The translations under genes were made by a program, and so were the position numbers. 60,884 nt of DNA, from the NCBI GenBank assembly GCA_030295235.1, contig AP026162.1, forward strand, positions 2,666,001 to 2,726,884, in the 5' to 3' direction. Each line of letters begins with the position of its first letter. Position 1 is the stretch's first letter. This document shows, piece by piece, positions 23,766-36,253 of this stretch. Under the pieces are notes generated by a model. That model was not told the DNA's origin, did not search any database, and was given only the letters and a program-made list of their open reading frames with translations. The stretch is from Fistulifera solaris (Eukaryota).

Positions 23766-24246
23766 AACAAATATTGCGGTCGCTCATTTCCGTGACTGAG
23801 ATTCAGTTGAGTCGCGTTCTTAGTTTTACACTTCAGGTTATAGTAAAAACCTTTGACGTCGGTTTCTCGCAATGCAACTGACTGATATCACTTTGCCTTG
23901 CAATCGAAAGCTTACCAATAATATTTAAGTGAATGAAACTTATCTACGTAGTATTAACTTTCAATGGTCAATTCTAGCTAGTTTCAAGACGTTAGCATTT
24001 ATTCATAGAATTGAATGCGGTCGATCGTATCCGGGACTGAAATCAAGCTGAGTCGGGTCAAGTGCCTTCTGTTTATGCTATAGTAAAACACGGGTGTCGT
24101 GCAAGAACTTTTTTGCTCTTTTTCGCGACGCGAGCGTTTCCTTCATTCGTCACTTCATTCGCTTCACAGTTATTTATTCTTCGTATTGTTATCCATTCTC
24201 TCTCGTTTGTATTGCTTCTGATACATGCTGGTTTCGACAGAAACTC

Positions 24247-24561
24247 ATGCAAGCAATCTCGTCTCTTTTTTCACGTAGCAACCTGTTCTGGGGTTGCGGC
24301 AATCGTTCTCCGGCTTGTCGCAAACAAGATTTTTGTTTTACAAACCAAGCGGACCTTCAAGAAGCCTTGGTCAATTTCACAAATGCACCCGCCGAACCGA
24401 CGCCCAATGAATGGGATGTTTCCCGAGTGACCAATTTTAGTTCCCTGTTTTACGGTATAAATGCATTCAATGAACGCATCGGCGACTGGGATACTTCAGG
24501 CGTTACGGACATGGAAATCGAAAGGATCACAGATAGAGTATCGCGGCTCGTCTTCTTCTAG
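24247..24561 (+). pseudogene. Truncated DUF285/BspA-type gene (about 1.5 repeats, no C-cap)
   Basis: MQAISSLFSRSN...[38 protein letters not shown], then runs abruptly into unrelated sequence at ~24515. Confidence 0.75.
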
Positions 24562-25802
24562 CTTATATGTTAGACGACGGGATGCGCGTTTGGGAAGAGA
24601 TGACGAGTATTGTTTTCGCTGCTGACCAGAAAGAAGGTTCGAAGGCCGACGTCTTTTAAAACGCCACGCTCTCGGAAACGACGAATGAAGACATTGCGCG
24701 TCCGATACGCATAACAATAAACTCTCACAACACGAAGAATCGAACAATATGTGCGATCAATGAGGGTTGTCGATTTGTGTAGAAAAATTGGTTTGATCGG
24801 CTGCACTTTCGTTCGTCGACAATACACTTCTCCTCGAAAATGATGTAGCAACTAACGTTCGAAATCGCCATTCTTTCGCCGACGTCCTCCATTACTGAAT
24901 ACGGCTCTTAACGTGTCGCGGATAAAGTGCGATCCAGCTTCCTTTCTACGAAGTACAAGCGTCAACTGATGGCTGTAAGACATCGGTCCATGGTTGTGAT
25001 TGAGGTCTTTCCGAAAAACTAGAAACATGCAATAAAGGCTGATCAAAGACGGAGCAATCACGCTGCAAATGAGGGAAGGTGCTTCAATAAGAACAAATAT
25101 CACAATCTTGCGCAAGAAACGAACTCATTTTTGGCACCCCTGGAGTCATTTGACCGTTCGTGTTTTATTGAAAAAGTGGACTTCGAAATCATTCAAGTCA
25201 GTCGCCTTTTCGGACTCTTTTGATTGATTTTATGAACTTGGCGTTCACGACTATTCAATTTCGAACTTGATGGCCACGGACGGATCGTTTCTGGAATGTC
25301 TTGTATTGATAAATTCAGCAATTTACTCGTCGTCTGGGGCACACAATATTCCACAGTTCGGGACAAGGGATGGTGGCAAACGATATCATGGAAGTTCCTT
25401 GAAATAAACGAATACAATCAAGGCAGGGGCCTTGTTGGTTTTACTGCCGGACGCGGATATGCCTTTCTTCTTGCAATAAACCGACAATTCTTGATCAGTT
25501 TGTCGGGAAGCGTTCATCTTATAGAGTTGTGACAAGTAAGTCACGATTCTTTTGACTCTATTTGCGTGAAAAGTTGCTTGTGGCGCCATATTTGGGATTT
25601 CGTTACGTTGTTCAGAACACTTTCGTGCGGTTTCTGTTGCGTCTTGTGCGAAGGCGATGGAAATGGAGACAGGGTTGTAGATGCCTGCTAAAAGAGTCTA
25701 CAGAGTGCATACAAAAAACTATAAGATATTGATTGATGAGATAAGCTATTAGAGAATTATCTTGTAGTGATGGATTATACGGAGAATATTACGGCTAGGT
25801 CA

Positions 25803-26382
25803 CTAAACTGAGCAAGATGTACAAAAGTTACCGTTATTTGTGAATTGGAAGGGGCAACTCGTTTGAAAAAACATATTAAATTGATTGGCGCCTGCGGTGA
25901 TGTCTTTCCATGCGCATATTTTGTTTAAACAATGTCGCTTGAAAGAACATTTGGTCCAAGGCCGTTGCAGCTGACACGTCCCACCCACTAATGTCTTGGT
26001 TGAAGGATGAGGCACCGCCGAACATCATAAACATATTGGTGACCGCGGATGTGTCCCAGTCACCGATGGGCTGGTTGAAAGCAAGGGCCCTCAAAAACAT
26101 GCCTTCCATATTCGTGACTCTGGATGTGTCCCAGTCTCCAATCGGCTCGTTAAAAGTCTTCGCACCGTCGAATAGATAGCTCATATCTGTCACTCTTGAC
26201 ACATCCCAGCAGTTGGGTGGTGGCCCGAACGGTGAAATGAGATAGGCGTCGGCGGCGTTTCGGATATCGTCCTTATTGTCAAACACTCTTTTTCCTTCTG
26301 GACAAGATCGATCACGATCACGGCAAGGAAGCAATTGGGTCGTACGCGCGAAGAGCGAAAAGGGCGATTGATAGATGTCCAT
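25803..26382 (-). CDS. DUF285/BspA-type protein, 4 repeats (one apparent frameshift near 25925)
   Basis: [15 protein letters not shown]..., repeats, and C-cap ICAWKD...[17 protein letters not shown] in the adjacent frame. Confidence 0.85.
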
Positions 26383-27114
26383 GCTTTACTGAAGACGATT
26401 GTTGGCTGACGAGTGAACCGAAATAATGAGAAGGAAGGAAGAATTCTTGTTAATCAAGTTGCCACGAGGTTGAAGATCCGTGCGGATGCTGAAATCTTTG
26501 CACCATGCAGTTATTCTTTATTCGCGCCTGTTTTCTGTTATTTAAGCCCCTTTTCTAGAGAGTCGCAAGTCGCAATTGATGAAATTTTCCGGGACTGGTT
26601 GATTCGTGAGCGGAGGATAAGGAAGAATTAGCTGTCTTTTCAAACGCAACAGCCAATGATCCCGTGAATGACAAAGGGTAGTTTCATCGGCATTATCCTG
26701 AACTAGTGCGGAGAATATCTGGAACGGCCACAGCATTTCTGTATGATGAAATACCAGCATTTCCAGAAATTCCAGAATTTCTGGAACTTACACAGAATTG
26801 TGCTTCAGAATTTCTGTAAACTATAATCGAATTGCACTCTAGCAGAATGTCTGTAAGACCATTGACGTCGCACACAGGATTTGCGATGCGACGCGCGACA
26901 ATGACAAAAATTTGCGGCTGTGTTTGCGATTCAAATGAATGGAAGCAGGATAGATCTGATATGCTTGTTGTTGAGAATTGGGTGATCTCAAGACAGCTCA
27001 AACTTAATCGAATCGACGCTTCACGGCAGGGGGGAAAAGTGGAAACGCACAATCAGCGTGTTTTGAATGAGGTTCGCCTACTTGCGGATGCCATCATTTT
27101 TTCAGTCGAAGATT

Positions 27115-28148
27115 ATGAACGGATTTTTTCTCTTTCTTCTCCCTTTTGCGCGAAACAACAATCTCTTGAATTGTCACTCTCCTTCTTCGGATCCTTGTTC
27201 GAACGGACGAAGAGTCTTTGACGACAAAGACGAGCTCCAACTAGCCATTCAAACCTTTGCTTTTACATTGCCCAAAGTGAAACCCAACTGTTGGGATGTT
27301 TCTGCTGTGAAGGACTTTAGCGGACTCTTTAGTTTAACGTCCTTCAATGAACCGATCGGCGACTGGATTACTTCCAGTGTCACGAGCATGCATCGAATGT
27401 TTGCGGATGCTACTACTTTCAATCAAGACATTGGCGATTGGGATACTTCCGGTGTCACGGACATGACCGAAGCTTTTATGGGTGCTATATCTTTCGATCA
27501 AGATATCGGTCGCTGGGATACGGCCAAAGTAGCCAGGATGGATCGAATGTTTTCGGGTGCGACAGCCTTTCATCAGGAGATTGGTGGCTGGGACACCTCT
27601 GTTGTCACGAGCATGGAAGACATGTTCTTTTCGGCTTCTTCTTTCAATGGAGACATTTGCGGGTGGCATACCTCCGCCGTCACGAGCATGGAGGGCATGT
27701 TTTTCGGTGCTACTTCTTTTAATCAACCCATCGGCGAGTGGGATACTTCCGCTGTCACGACCATGTTTCTAATGTTTTACGAAGCGACTTCGTTCGACCA
27801 AGAGATCAGTGGGTGGGATACATCGAACGTCGTTGATATGACGGGTATGTTTGCGAACGCTGTATCTTTTAACCAAAACATTGGTGATTGGAGTACGGCA
27901 AAAGTGGCCAGCATGGTGGGCATGTTTGATGGTGCTTCCTTATTCAATCAAGATATCAGTCAATGGGACACAACAATAGTCACCAGCATGGATTCGATGT
28001 TTCAAAATTCTGCAGCATTTTATCAAGACTTGTGTGCGTGGAAGATGCTGCTGCTGGCGCAACGAAAACCGATATGTTTACCGGAACTAGTTGCCCCTAT
28101 CCGGGGACGCCGGGAGACGACGACTTTTGCGTCGCATGTCCTCAATAG
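27115..28148 (+). CDS. DUF285/BspA-type protein, 10 repeats (one apparent frameshift near 28045)
   Basis: Ten 25-aa repeats from PNCWDVSAV to QDLCAWK. C-cap [25 protein letters not shown] is in the next frame. Confidence 0.9.
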
Positions 28149-30500
28149 CGGAATTGAATACAAGAATGATACAGTCGACGAGCACAGATAGTTGTTAATA
28201 ATTCGCTTGCTTTACGTCGCTAATTCGCTACTTATTTTTGCTGTGTCAAAGTAAAAGATGGTCTTTGTTAGTCATGCATCTGCTGACTGCAATGCAACCA
28301 TCATATTAAAGCATCGCAACGTTATATAAAAAGGGCTAGTAGCCCGAGCGCAATACATTCTGCGCAAAACCTGATTTATTGTGAGCTGCTGATTACTGAA
28401 GTGCGACGTAATTGTAAAGAATGTAACAAGCTCGGCGACAGGGAACTGGTTTTTGTGTAGCAAAGTCAAAGGGGCCGTTTGCAAGACTGCGAAGAACAAT
28501 AAGTCAATGAAGCTTTATCTTTCGTTAGCAACCGAGTGTGCATTCGGACGCGAAGTTGATCCGCCAGCATTATGGGAAGCCGTGTTCTCCGAGCTTTCAT
28601 TTTACGGACAGTCACCATTGAAGAGTCGCCCATAATAGGTACTCGCAAAAGCAATCGCAAAATCAATCCAACCTTCGTCCTTGATTTCGCTAGCACCGGT
28701 GGCTTCTTGTTATACTGCTACTGCTTTGTATCAATTTGTTTCCCGCCTGAAAACTTTACTCGACGTCGATTCAGAGGTCATCGCAACTGGTAATGTCTTT
28801 CTAACGCGCGCCGCCACGACATGCGTCTCGAGTGGACGATACACTAGCCGGCGATAAGTTTCCTTGCGATCGTTCCATGAACATTAGGGGTCGTCCTGCC
28901 TGAAAATTCGTTTCCTGGCCCAGAGAAACTTTCGCGTGCGTGTAACACTTTGCTCGAAAGAATGACGTCGAATCCAGAAGCCATCGTTATCACGATCAGG
29001 AAAATGATACCGAGAGAAAAAACATGACACGCTTTGCCGACGATGCAATGCAATGCAATGCTTTCTTCTAGACACCGTTGTTTGTAGTTGCCGCCATTGA
29101 CTCCTTTTCGTAGCCCAGAGCAGCCTTACTCTTGTTATCGCAATGCTTTTGAAAAGGCGCGAGGAGCAGTCCCTTCCACCGGATCGACTGCGTCGTTGGA
29201 AAAAGGCTGGAGTCACCGGTAAGATCAGCATTTACACAAGCCGAGTCTTGCAAGTATTCGTCTTTTGCAACGTGCAGTCAACCTGCGTTTCTCGACTTTC
29301 GTTCTGTTGTAGAATTGATGCGTCTCTCCCTCGATTGCACCCTAACGTCCCAAGTAAATGCACTCCGCTCATTTCAAATTTCAGCAAACTGCGAAGAAAA
29401 GTATACGGAACATTTGAAAAGCTTTTAACTCGCTATGCTTGTCTCGTTCTCTCAGCTTTTTCTTATTATAGCGAATGATTGTTGGCTCTTTCCGTTCATG
29501 GCTTCTCCACAAGCAGACTCGTTTCGCTGACAGGGTGCGCGATCTTGCCGTAGAAGTGAGCGAAGCGTAGTGCCGATAAATAAATAAATAAAATTGAGAG
29601 TTTAATTTTGTGCTCTTTGCTGCATGAGAGTTGCGCTAGCAATAAAAGAAACAAAAAAAAGGAGTGAAGATCGTTCAGCCGCACGGCGCAAGAGCAAGAG
29701 CACTTGGCATCGTAGCGGTATTGCATTCAGTATATGACTTTTTACTATAGATCTAATGTGAAAACTACTTTTCTCGTCACGACTATGTTCCAGTCATGAA
29801 TAATCATGAATGAATATTATCATACTTGAGCTATGGAGAGACAACTACTGGTAACCAACTTCTTTCTGAGCTACAATGACTTTTGAAATAGCTTCAACTA
29901 GCGACATTCGCTACTCATGATGCGGCTGAAATGGCTTGAGGATCGCTCTCTTCTCTGTGTACCGTAAAATCAAATATACGCTGAATTTTGCGGCGGATGA
30001 CGACACGTTGTTCTACCTGTCCCGTCGCACTTTAATTTTTTCTTATCAATTCCTTATCGTAAAATGGTAAAACGCATATGTTTTTACAGAATAGTTAATG
30101 TAATAGGGGTCTTTCACGGCGAGTACCTTCGTACTTTGTATCTCCAGTTCTCAAATCCGAATTCTAATTTGAATTAAAGTTCGATATGTGCCCCTAATAA
30201 TAGCGATTGAAGTGCCCTTACCTCTCGCCTGTTGCACTCTCCTCACTGTTTATTTTTGTAGCGATACCAGGTAAGCGCGTGCCTTGTGCCTAATTTTATG
30301 CCGACATAATTCGCGATTATTTTACTATCGTCCAGAGTGTCATGCGTTTCTGCCATGACTGGAAGTCAGTCATGATCCGCAGCGTCACTATTTCCAGGAA
30401 GCCGGCCGCCTTTTGTTGCATTTCATCGCGTTCATTCGAATAGAAAAATAGAAAAAGCTCCTTATTCATTTCATTAATAATTTTATTGCAAATTTTAATC

Positions 30501-31562
30501 ATGAAGGATGTTCATCAGCACACTGCGGAGACGATACAACGACTTGAACAAGAATCGCTGCAAGTGTCCGTGAAATCGTGGCTCGACGATACGCCTGTTT
30601 CGTCGACTCGATCTCGCTTCTTTCATCACGCGGGCTTTCTGCATCTTCCCAACTTTGTCGACACATCCACTTGCTACAAAATGAAAGAATGCATGCAAGA
30701 GATAGTGAATAACGAATGGGATACGCAACAAATGGATTCGTTCGGGACGTCCGCGAAAGAAAATACAGCTCGCGGTGATTACTTTTTAGAAAGTGCGGCG
30801 CGCGTGCATTTCTTTGCCGAGCCTTCCGCGTTAGACGACAACAAGCAACTGAAAGCAGAATTTCAAGAAAACAAAATTGCGGCACTAAACAAAGTCGGGC
30901 ATGGGTTGCATCTGCGCCAAGGACCCTTTTCCGAGTATGCCTTTTCTGTCAAGATAAGCGAATTGATGTCAGAATTGGGATGGAACGATCCTTTACTGCC
31001 GCAAAGCATGTATATTTTCAAACAGGCCGTAGTCGGAGGTGCGGTGAACTCACATCAAGATTCAACGTTTTTATTTACGGAGCCTCGTCAATCGTGTTGT
31101 GGATTGTGGCTGGCGCTCGATGAAGCTACTACCGAGAATGGTTGTTTGTGGGTGCGACCGAAATCGCATCGGGAAGCCGTACGACGACAATACGCACGCA
31201 ATTCGGCTCGTGAAAGCGATCCTTCGGCTCCGCAATTTCTTATGAAGGAGTTGTATGAACACTCGATCAGTTGGGACGGTGGTTTGCCCGGAATAGGGAG
31301 TTTTGATGACCTTATGCAAGCTGGATTCATTGCGGTGCCTTGTCAACCCGGCGACTTGTTGGTCTTCAGTGGTGAATTGGATCATTTGAGTTTGCCCAAC
31401 AAGTCCTCGGCAGCACGACATACGTTTCAGCTGCATTTGATTGAAGGAAAAGATACCACATGGTCGGCGTCGAACTGGTTGCAGTACGAAAATCCAAGCC
31501 GACCTTTTCCCCGGTTGCATGCGGGCCTGGATCAGTTCCGTGCTTACGAAGACGAAAACTAG
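30501..31562 (+). CDS. Phytanoyl-CoA dioxygenase (PhyH) family Fe(II)/2-oxoglutarate dioxygenase, PHYHD1-like
   Basis: Motifs LNKVGHGLH, QSMYIFK, HQDSTFLFTEP (HxD), GLWLALDEATTENGCLWVRPKSH and distal H in LDHLSLPNKSSAARHTFQLH. Confidence 0.92.
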   Translation: MKDVHQHTAETIQRLEQESLQVSVKSWLDDTPVSSTRSRFFHHAGFLHLPNFVDTSTCYKMKECMQEIVNNEWDTQQMDSFGTSAKENTARGDYFLESAARVHFFAEPSALDDNKQLKAEFQENKIAALNKVGHGLHLRQGPFSEYAFSVKISELMSELGWNDPLLPQSMYIFKQAVVGGAVNSHQDSTFLFTEPRQSCCGLWLALDEATTENGCLWVRPKSHREAVRRQYARNSARESDPSAPQFLMKELYEHSISWDGGLPGIGSFDDLMQAGFIAVPCQPGDLLVFSGELDHLSLPNKSSAARHTFQLHLIEGKDTTWSASNWLQYENPSRPFPRLHAGLDQFRAYEDEN

Positions 31563-31626
31563 AGCATAGTCTGGTCGGCTACAAACTGCTAAAGACTGAA
31601 AGCGGCAAAGCAAGAGGTCTATTCTA

Positions 31627-31915
31627 TTACAGTAATGGTGAAAGCCAACCAGCGGAGCATACAAGGCTGACCAGGAATTGGGCGTTAAGCGTCAAAGAAT
31701 ACCCAGCGCCACTCGCTGGTGCTGTATCATTCACACGCGGTAACGCCGTAGGGGGTGGTGAAGGGTTCTCTTCATTTTGTTGCGGCGACGGAGCCGACTC
31801 TGTTTCATCGTTACAAAAGTTCCCGGGAGCATTGCGATCCATGCGCTGACAAAGTTCTTTCTTCAGCGCATCATCACTCTAACAATTTACGGGCATTGGT
31901 TCCTTCAAATAGCGC
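31627..31915 (-). pseudogene. Partial duplicate of the 3' end of the fasciclin gene (33291-33580)
   Basis: KELCQRMDRNAPGNFCNDETESAPSP...ASGAGYSLT...LVSLVCSAGWL matches KELCQRIDRNAPGNFCNDETESAPSP...ASGAGYSLT...LISLVCTAGWL. No upstream coding portion is present. Confidence 0.85.
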
Positions 31916-32160
31916 CCCTGGTAACGACCGGCCAAGAGGGGGGTACCGGTAGCTTTGGACCCCTGACTACCGTGAGCGTGAGAGGTGAGGGTGCTATTTC
32001 GGTGGTATGCCGCTGTCGGCAAAGAATCATCATTCTTGACGGAGTGATCCTACATCTGGAGCGCAATTCCATCACCTTATCAATAGTTCTTTCATTATCA
32101 AAAGATTTTAAACTAAGAAGATACATTCAATTACTTTTTCGTTGTTTTAAACCACAACCA

Positions 32161-32893
32161 TTAAGCAGGGCATGTGACGCAGAACTGATTGCCCGTCGGA
32201 GTGCCAGGATGAGGGCAACCAGTCCCCGTGAACATATTCCTCTTGTCAGCTCTCAAAGTGATATCCTTCCATGCGCACAAGTCTTGATTGAATGATGCAG
32301 CATTTTCGAACATGCTAAACATGCGAAAGACATTCGTGATGTTCCACCTGCTAATGTCTTGCTTGAAAGATGAAGCACCAAAAACATGGAAGTCATATCG
32401 GTGGCCGAGGATGTATCCCAATTACCGATAGGTTGGTTGAATACAAGGGCATCGGAAAACATGAGTTGCATATTCGTGACTCTTGACGTATCCCAATCAC
32501 CGATGTCTTGATTGAAGGATGAAGCACCAAAAACATGCCTCGCATGGAGTTCACAGCTGACGTGTCCCAATCACCAATGTCTTGATTGAAGGATGAAGCA
32601 CCAAAAAACATAAAACTGATATCGGTGACCGCGGATGTATCCCAATTACCGATGGGCTCGTTGAAGTCTGTCACACCATCAAATAGAAAGCTAACATCTG
32701 TCACTCTAGATACATCCCAGCAATTGGGTGGGGGGCCGGACGGTGAAAGGAGATAAGCGTCGACGGCGTTTCGAAGATCGACTTTATTGTCGAACACTTG
32801 TCGTCTTTCTGGACAAGATCGATCACGATCACCACAAGGAAGCAATTGGTTCGTGCGTGCAAAGAGAGAGAACGGGGATTGATAGATGTCCAT
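32161..32893 (-). CDS. DUF285/BspA-type protein, 6 repeats (two apparent frameshifts in T-runs)
   Basis: [20 protein letters not shown]..., repeats across three frames, and C-cap LCAWKD...[18 protein letters not shown]. Confidence 0.87.
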
Positions 32894-33290
32894 GCTTTAA
32901 TAATAAAGACAATCGTCGGCTATTATAGATGAACGGAAATAGTGAGATGGACGAGAAAAAGAAGTTGTGCGATTCAAGTAGCCGTGCAAAAGTAGAGTAC
33001 CGGTACCAGTACCGTACCACGTACAGTATATCTCAGTATGGTCGATCACATTTATTCGCTCGACTAATATAGTGCATAGTCCACTAGCACTAGGGCTCTC
33101 AAGTCCTCTAGAACTCACTCGACAAAATGCCAAATTGGAATCGGAATATTTGTGACAAAAGAGAAAAAACAGTGGAAAATTCGGTCGAATGAGAAAATTC
33201 ATTCGGACTTTAGGAAATTAGGAATAAATATTCAGGATTGTGTTATATGATATATAGTGCATAGTTGGGGCGGTTACAAACTTCGGCAGG

Positions 33291-35841
33291 CTAATAAAGC
33301 ACTAACAGCCAACCAGCGGTACATACAAGGCTGATCAGGAAATAATGGTCGCCTCGAGTCAAAGAGTACCCAGCGCCACTTGCTTGAGCTGTAATTTTCA
33401 CACTCGGTGATGCCGTCGGAGGTGTCAAAGGGTCCTCTGCTTCAATTTCCGGCGATGGAGCCGACTCTGTTTCATCATTACAAAAGTTCCCGGGAGCATT
33501 GCGATCGATGCGCTGACAGAGTTCTTTCTTCAGTGCGTCATCACTTAACAATATACCGGCGTTGGTACCTTCACAACACAAATCGCCTTCGCCACGCTCT
33601 TGACAGAGGCACGCCATGTCAATGAATACATTCTGTTGATTGGAACTCAAGGTTTCCGGTGCGTCTTGACATTTTGTTTCACTGTAAGCAGCAACCAAAC
33701 GATTGTACTCGGGTCGTAGTAATGAGCCGTTCTCATCCTCGTCAGCAGTGTAGATCAAATTAAAGCATTGATCTATATCGATATCCTCACTCAAGCCGGA
33801 AGTTGGCTGGGCAGTAGAATTGGATGCAGCAGGCGCAGGGGTCGGCGCCGCCGTCGGTGGCTTTTCTGTCGCAACGCCAGGCGGCAAGAGAATGTTGTCG
33901 AGATACAGCACCATTCCGTTTTGAGCAACAATGTCGCATTTCGATATGCACGCCACAGAATCCGGATTGACTGCACCAGTTTCATCGACGTATTGTAGAC
34001 ACGGAAAATCCCGATCATTCAGTGATATACGCCACCGTTTCTCGTTCAAACTGATTATATCTGATCCGGCAGATTGTCGCAGTCCATCGCAAGAGACGAC
34101 GCTGGCAAACATGTGGCTGTTGATCACTTCACTTACAATGGAGTTGATGTCGATTGAGAATACTTGGCGATTCCAAATTGAATCAGGTACCATCATTATG
34201 CTCCTTGGACTCAAAAGCTCTAATCCTGTTTTCAACGTTGGATCCGTTTTGATATACGTAAGCATTTGCGAGAACGTTGCTGTATCCTTTTGAACGACTT
34301 CAAATAGGCTGCGGGTGAGTGAGTTTGCTGTCGGCGTGTGGGTCGTAAAATGAATCACTCTGCAACAAAGATGAAGCTTGTGAGTCATTTTCAAATGTAA
34401 TCATTCACAAAGATCCAAGTGATAGATACACACCCATCAATTCCTTCCATATTGGCGAGGTAGAAATCACCGCGACCGTCTCCAGAACCTGCTTGTAACA
34501 ATTCTGTTTCTTTATCATAATCTATTTCAAGCGCATCTCCATTCATCATAGTCAAATTGAAAGCACCATTTTCTTTGTAGTAATTAAAGAGATCCTCCAG
34601 AGTCCAACGCCCGGGGGCTATTTGACTCGTGATCAAATCGATCAGATGCGTTCGCCATTCCGGTAAATTGAGTCGTTCCAGATCCTCCGGACTGAACTTC
34701 GCCCAACCTGCATTGATACTAGCAAATAACGTCACCGTCTGATTATCAAAGTAGGGCCGCAAATCACGTTCATTCCAGCCCGTCATGCGAAATACGTTCA
34801 CAAAGTCGGTTGTATTGAGCGTCGTTCGATTCGGGTCGATAGAGGCCGACGTGACAATACCAGGACACACCAAACACCGATCTGTTTGCAAAGCCAAGCT
34901 GAGCGAATGCAATGAGTGAGAGTATCAAACGGTGAACGAGTAAGTTCAGTTTTTGTCGGCAACACTTACCCATTGTTTGCGAGAATCGCCTCACCGACGA
35001 CACACGCATCTTGAAAACAAAGTTTTCCGTCTTTGTATGTAACCCACAGATTTCCACACGGAGTTGCCGAAACCGCCAAAAACCCTTCACCCAATACTGC
35101 GGGATCGTATATTTGAGGCACCATATTGAATAGAAATACATTATCACGCGTTTGTGACGCGTATTGAGGGTTCTGAAACTCGTCAACAAGTACCGAGTCC
35201 CCTTCCAATGGTTTCAAATATTCATTCATTCGATTGAAAGCATCTTCTGTACAACCAATATAGCTGTAGCCGTCGGGCGTTTGTCGTGCGAGAAGCGAAG
35301 AACTGTTGGTTGCGTCCATCAAAGACACCAAATGAGGGTAATGTTTCGGAATCAAATCGGCAATGGACACAGTGTCAAACGACGTCGGCAGTGGACGATC
35401 GATGACATGCAAAACACCGTTCACGGCTTGTCGATCCGCCGACAAAATGGTAGCTCCCGCAATGGTTCCATCGGCACTGATGGGTATTGTCGCATTTGCC
35501 AGCGATACGAGTCGGGTTCGTTTCGCTAACGCACTTTGCAACAACAATTCATTCGGTATGAAATGATTCCGCAGTGCTTCACTTAAATGACGATTCCAAT
35601 TCGCGTTTGTCCATCGTGAAGAGTTCTTCAAAGACTCGTCGGTCGGCACGAGCAATGTGTAGGTCACGGTCCGATCCGACAAGAGACTCAACAAATCTGG
35701 AAAGTAATTTTGGAGGCTTTGTAGAAAGATGGTGCAATTCTCTTGCTGCTCGAGCACTGTCTCGAGATTTTGGGCGACGCACAACAGAGGAAGGAAGCAA
35801 AGGTGGAGAAAGAAATAACAGGAACGAGATTGCCGGATCAT
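33291..35841 (-). CDS. Secreted multi-fasciclin (FAS1) domain protein with Cys-rich/EF-hand-like C-terminal region and probable GPI signal; 3 exons
   Basis: Signal peptide. FAS1 motifs YTLLVPTDE, AVNGVLHVIDRPL, VTLFASINAGW, GIDGVIH and AQNGMVLYLDNILLP. GT-AG introns 34899-34969 and 34360-34433 restore frame. Hydrophobic C-terminus follows ASGAG. Confidence 0.88.
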
Positions 35842-36253
35842 TGTGATCTATTCGTATAAAGTTGTTGAAAGGAGAAAAAGCCAAATGTCGAATATGGATT
35901 TTTTGCGTTGTCGTTTTGAAAGTCCATAACGAATTACGACTTACGACCATGATGACGCGGTGATCGGTGATACCTGGTAATGGAGAACAATTAGGACATA
36001 ATGCCAATTGATATCACTGTGTACTATCCAGTAGTATAGAACCACAGATCGATGACCGTCAGATGACCCTTTCGAATTAGCAATCCAGTGTGCCAGTCCG
36101 ACGTCAAACGGTATCTTTTTCGTTTCTCACTTTTCTTGATGACACGATGGTGTCAGCCGTTTTTCACTTTCGTCGCGATCGGCGACACAGGCGACAATTC
36201 AAAAGGGGATGAGAAAGTCGCCATTCTCATAGGCATTTAGTTTATCTTTTACC

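Noticed and set aside
28844..29053. Protein-kinase relic (KACHVFSLGIIFL resembles subdomain IX)
   Set aside because: Only one degenerate motif, lacking the Asp, and no other kinase subdomains are recognisable.
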